DNA from: Leidyana gryllorum EB-2025a | Lineage: Eukaryota; Protista; Apicomplexa | Length of the DNA stretch: 64,000 nucleotides | Assembly: GCA_048772705.1 (NCBI GenBank) | Contig: JBLWGC010000082.1 | Span: forward strand, 124,001 to 188,000 | Direction of reading: 5' to 3' | Shown here: in pieces, positions 59,957 to 64,000 of the stretch | How positions within the stretch are numbered: position 1 is the first letter of the stretch | How the letters are laid out: every line of letters starts with the position of its first letter | Notes under the pieces: model-generated | Told to the model about the DNA's origin: nothing | What the model saw: only the letters and a program-made list of their open reading frames with translations | Databases searched by the model: none | Position numbers and translations under genes: made by a program

Positions 59957-62128
59957 GTTTCATAGAGATTTGGACCTCGGAATCGAAGTCAAGGAATGGA
60001 CTCTGGAGCAACACAGCAGTGTTCGACACCTCGACAGGTATGTTTTGTACGACTACGGAAGAGAGCTGAGCCGCCCGTGCAATTGACTATTGCACTACGA
60101 GGCCCGACGCGCGCTCACTATGTTGAACCCATATGTGTCCACCCTCCCTCCCATGACTGAACTGACGACTGACAACTGACAACTGACGACCATAACCCTC
60201 CCTCCCAGCCAGAAGTGGTGGAAATTGCACTCGCACCCTGCGGTGGATTGCATTGTGATTGTGTGGCGTTTGCATCGCAGTGTGTGCTGCGTTCGTTGTG
60301 TGTGTGTGTGTTTGTTGATTGCGTGTGGTGGTTCAGGCACGATGAAGAGATTGTGGATGTGGAGGCTGAGCATGTGTTTGAGAGTCTAAGTCGGAATGAT
60401 GAGTGTGTCGAGCTTGCCTTTCTGATCCTGGGGGATCAGAACGCTGGGAAGTAAGTTGTTGGTTGCCACTGGCTGCGCGGAAATGTATATGTAGGAGCAC
60501 ATTCCTCCATGCATTCACAGATCAAGAGTCTACAGAGTGGCTTCCTCTGATGTCTCTGGTGCCATTATTGAGTGCAGCGTTCGTGAACGCTAGTTTTGGC
60601 GTGCCGTCTGATGGTTTACGGCTTTTGGAACGCTCTCCCAGCGAGCGCGTGGCCCTATCGCGCGACGAAGGTGTCTTTCTCGACACCGACATTGCGCGGC
60701 TGAATCTCCTCATCGCGCCCGAAGACATGCGTGTCTTGTGTCAGGAACTTCACCTCGATGACTTGGCTGCGTCTATCAATCCCCCTCAGACTCAATCAGT
60801 GCGGATCAGCATCGTCGAGTTTGGCGGAGACCACTTAGACCGGCTGGAAGAATATGTCAAGGCACCAGAGACCGCCAGTGACCAGTTGGCTGCCATAATG
60901 AAAAAGTCTCTCTCGCTCTTACAGGAGCACACGCAAGATGGGGCCGTTTGGTTCGTCAATGAGCGAACGCTGTTGGCCCAAGGGGAAGCCGCCTACTGGC
61001 CAAAGTGGACCAACCGGCTCGCTATGCTCCCGACACGGCGGTTCACTGTGTTGGTGTCCCGAGACTCTTGTTGGGATGCTGGCGAGGAGGGAGAGATGCC
61101 TGAAGGCCTGCCGCAGTGTTTCGCAGTACTGGCGGAGGACCGGAATAAAAAAGCCGAGGCCCTGGCCCGGGCTTGGAGTCACTTCCAACAAAGCAGTGTC
61201 AAGGTAGGTGGAAGTTTAGGTCGGTCGGTCGGTCGAGAGAGAGAGAGGCGCTTTTCAGGCCAAAATTGAGCAGTGCTTGGAAGGGTTGGTAGGAGGAGGG
61301 GCTTCCCAACAACAGCTTGTTGCCCCTCTCGACCTGATGGTGAAAGGTGGCCGCCCCTGTGCCGCTGCTGTGTATTTCGCTTTCGCTCTTCTGCTTGAAA
61401 GACATGGGAAGACCGCAAGGCAAGCCTGGGCTCCTAATCGCATTATCGAGTTCATACACACAAGTGCGTCACAATTGCGCTTCAGCGTCGGGCATCGCTC
61501 CAATCATCTCGAAAAGTGCAATTGGCTGGATCTCGCCATGTTGGCTTGGACGTTTGACGGGGACAAAGAAGGAGAGGACAGTACCCTCTGGTGCCTGACC
61601 CACGTCCGGCGGATGTGGGAGTGGATGGATGAAGAGGGAATCGGCCTCGTCGGCCGCCCGGCAAGTCAAGTCGTATGGGACGTGCGGCCTTCCACGCTCC
61701 ATCAACCCGTGCGCACCTGGATTGACACCCAACAATACCTGCCGAGCGCCAAACGACGAACCTGGACGGTCGTCTCGGCGACCACCGGCCACACTGTCGT
61801 CTCGCTCACTCTGCAGCCCACAGAGTCACAGGGCACTCTTGGGGACGCGTTTCGCTGGCCTCTTTCTGAGCAAGCCTTCATGGAGGCCCTCAAACACTAC
61901 CGGGCTCGGTTCGACGAGGACTGGAACCCGCTCGGCGGCAGGAGGAGCGATCGTTCCTCCGACACATCTCTGGGTGTTGGAACTGAGCAGACATCAGCCC
62001 TCAAGAAGCCAAAATTGCAGCAGGAGACAGGAGGTGAAGAGATTGTCGTCGAATGCGATCAACAGAAAGACCCACGGGAGATAGGGGAGTTGATTAATTG
62101 GGCATGGGACAGCACTTGCTTTCATTGA
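59955..62128 (+). CDS. Atypical P-loop GTPase-like protein
   Basis: Spliced FLILGDQNAGK|STFLHAF (Walker A); G3-like ISIVEFGG; degenerate G4 VLVSRD. First exon and start codon uncertain. Confidence 0.65.
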
Positions 62129-62344
62129 GGGGTGATATGCATTGCCCCCAAATATAGCCAGCTTATATTGAGCAGGCACAACAGGGGTTTCCGGAGCAGA
62201 AGGACAAGGGGGAAGAGTGGAGTGAGTGAGTGTGTTGTGTGTGTGTGTGTGGAATGGGAGGGGAGAGAGGCACAGAGGGGGGCGAAGAGACAGAGGAGGG
62301 ATAAAAAGAGTAGCGTTCCCTGTTGGAAAACGCTGTGTAATTGC

Positions 62345-64000
62345 TCATGGATCGAACGCCACATCGCTTATAAATCGCCATCGTTCAAGGGCTTGCTCGA
62401 TCTCTACCCCTCCCAGTAAACTCCGGATGAATCGCCATAACTCATGCTCATCCACGAGACCACACCGCCGTCGTACAATCGTCTCACGCTTTTCTTTCTG
62501 CTGCCTCGTCAAAGATGCCCAGTCATTTGAGCACAAGAGTAATAAGAACAATGCCAATAGGTAGCGCTCTTCCGACGGTTGAATTGTCGTTGCAATCTGC
62601 CAACAAACACGAATGACGTTGATATCCTTCCGGTCACAACGACCAATTCCAACTTACATTGTTCAAACAGAATGTGTGAACCAACTGACGCAGATCAGTC
62701 ACTAGGGGTGCCAGACCGGCTGGTAGTGCGACGGCCGATATGTGTGTGAGTAATGCTTGGCGCCAGGCGACCTGACGCGGCACCTGCTCCATTGTCTGAA
62801 GGAAATATTTTGATTGCATCGTGTTTGCTATACAGCACACGCCTGTGTGCTTTCGATCGAGGTCACAGGTTCACGTACGGATGCAATATCGCAGCACACA
62901 CCTACGCGTGCCATGTTCGACATTTGGTCGAGGTTGGTAAGCCGATACTCTCAAACCTACCAAACCCCGCAGGCAACGAGCGTAGCACGGCTGACATTGT
63001 TCATCACAGCAGACCACACCTCCTAACAGGGATCAATTGATGATGCAGAGGTACGGTCGCGGTAACAGCTGGGTATATGGAGGACTTACCAGATCACCGG
63101 CGGCAAGCGGATCATAAAAGTCGTCATCAGACTCTGCCGTTGTAGATGCTTCATTGCCCCCAGGCGGCGGGGGCTGTTCGTCTTCACGGTCACCGAGTAG
63201 AAAGGACGTGGTGCTCAATGTCGTCCAAGAGACCATCCAGGACATTACAGACTGCCAAGGATTGTTTAGGGTCAGATTGATGTCATCGGGTTCTAATAGG
63301 GTCTCCAGCCCGCCGGGCACAGCCTCGCGAGGAGTCGACTCCTCGTCCCCCGCAGGCTTGGTGTCCGGGCCAAAACTGATTGACTTCTGTTTACGTTGTC
63401 GTGTTGAGCTCGAAGTCAATATGGAACGCAATCTTCGAGGGCTTCCCAGAGCGGTACTGTGTGAATCGGTTCTTCGCGTGAGGTTGCTTTCAGAATTGCA
63501 ATACATTTGGTGACCTGGGGGCCTGGTTTCACTCGAAGCCACTGTATCTGTCGTCAGTCCCGAAGAGCCCAGTGTTCCCGCCCCGTTGCCATTTCCACCG
63601 AGTGATGAGGTATAGCTAAAGAATGTTATCCCTTCTTCGTCTTGCGCCGAGAAGGGAGCAGGAAGAGTAGGATCATTTATACTGCCCGGGTAACTGTCGG
63701 CGCTCTTGAAGGAGGAGCAACTGTCAAATCGGTACTTCCGAGACGTGGGTTCGAAGTCCAGCTCATCTTTCGTTGCAATGGAACTTCTTCCTCCATCTTT
63801 GTCCCATTCCTGATCAGTTGTCTTATTCTGGGAGAGCTCCCACGGCAGCGGGACCTCTTGCACAAGCGGTTCCTCCTCGGGAGTGGGGTGGAGGTGGGGC
63901 ATCGAACCCCCCTCGGCCAAATACGCATCGACTAGACTCCTCGGAGGTACTCTGTAGAAGGAGGGTTCGCTTGTAGTCGTGGCACGAACCGCCAAAAACG
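62345..64000 (-). CDS. RPAP2/Rtr1-like protein, C-terminal part (5' end outside the window)
   Basis: LTLNNPWQSVMSWMVSWTTLSTTSFL and LRQLVHTFCLNN|IATTIQPSEERYLLALFLLLL resemble RPAP2 C-terminal motifs. Internal exon phases not fully resolved. Confidence 0.55.

Noticed and set aside
1-64000. Alternative genetic code or stop-codon reassignment to explain the fragmented ORFs
   Set aside because: The breaks I traced in conserved genes are explained by short spliceosomal introns, and TAA, TAG and TGA all serve as terminal stops.

Overview
Eukaryotic nuclear DNA from a very compact alveolate genome, most likely an apicomplexan such as a gregarine (inferred from an alveolin/IMC1-family gene; the taxon cannot be fixed from this window). 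It uses the standard code with GT-AG introns of mostly 37-60 nt, so the ORF track is fragmented. I assembled about 30 protein-coding genes by hand from splice signals and reading phase (about one per 2.1 kb). Recognisable products: ankyrin-class II HDAC (partial), GST-fold protein, Yip1, TIM50, carnosine N-methyltransferase-like protein, alveolin, RPB3, MKP1-type DUSP with gelsolin-like repeats, tandem CCCH protein, PP2C, DPH1, SEL1L/Hrd3-like protein, S1/P1 nuclease, U2A', a Ser/Thr kinase, ppGalNAc-T, alpha-adaptin and RPAP2-like (partial). No rRNA, tRNA, CRISPR array or transposon is evident. Main points of interest: (1) a candidate SYCP2/Red1/Rec10-type ARM-PH-coiled-coil meiotic axis protein; (2) operon-like packing, with a 7-nt stop-to-start spacer, 19-30-nt head-to-head spacers, a possibly shared CATG start and overlapping stops; (3) an N-acylated protein with a two-fold internal repeat that the ORF track hides; (4) a stand-alone, zinc-less PRMT3 N-terminal domain; (5) an atypical P-loop GTPase. 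Family assignments come from remembered motifs, not database searches. Exon boundaries and start codons are predictions.
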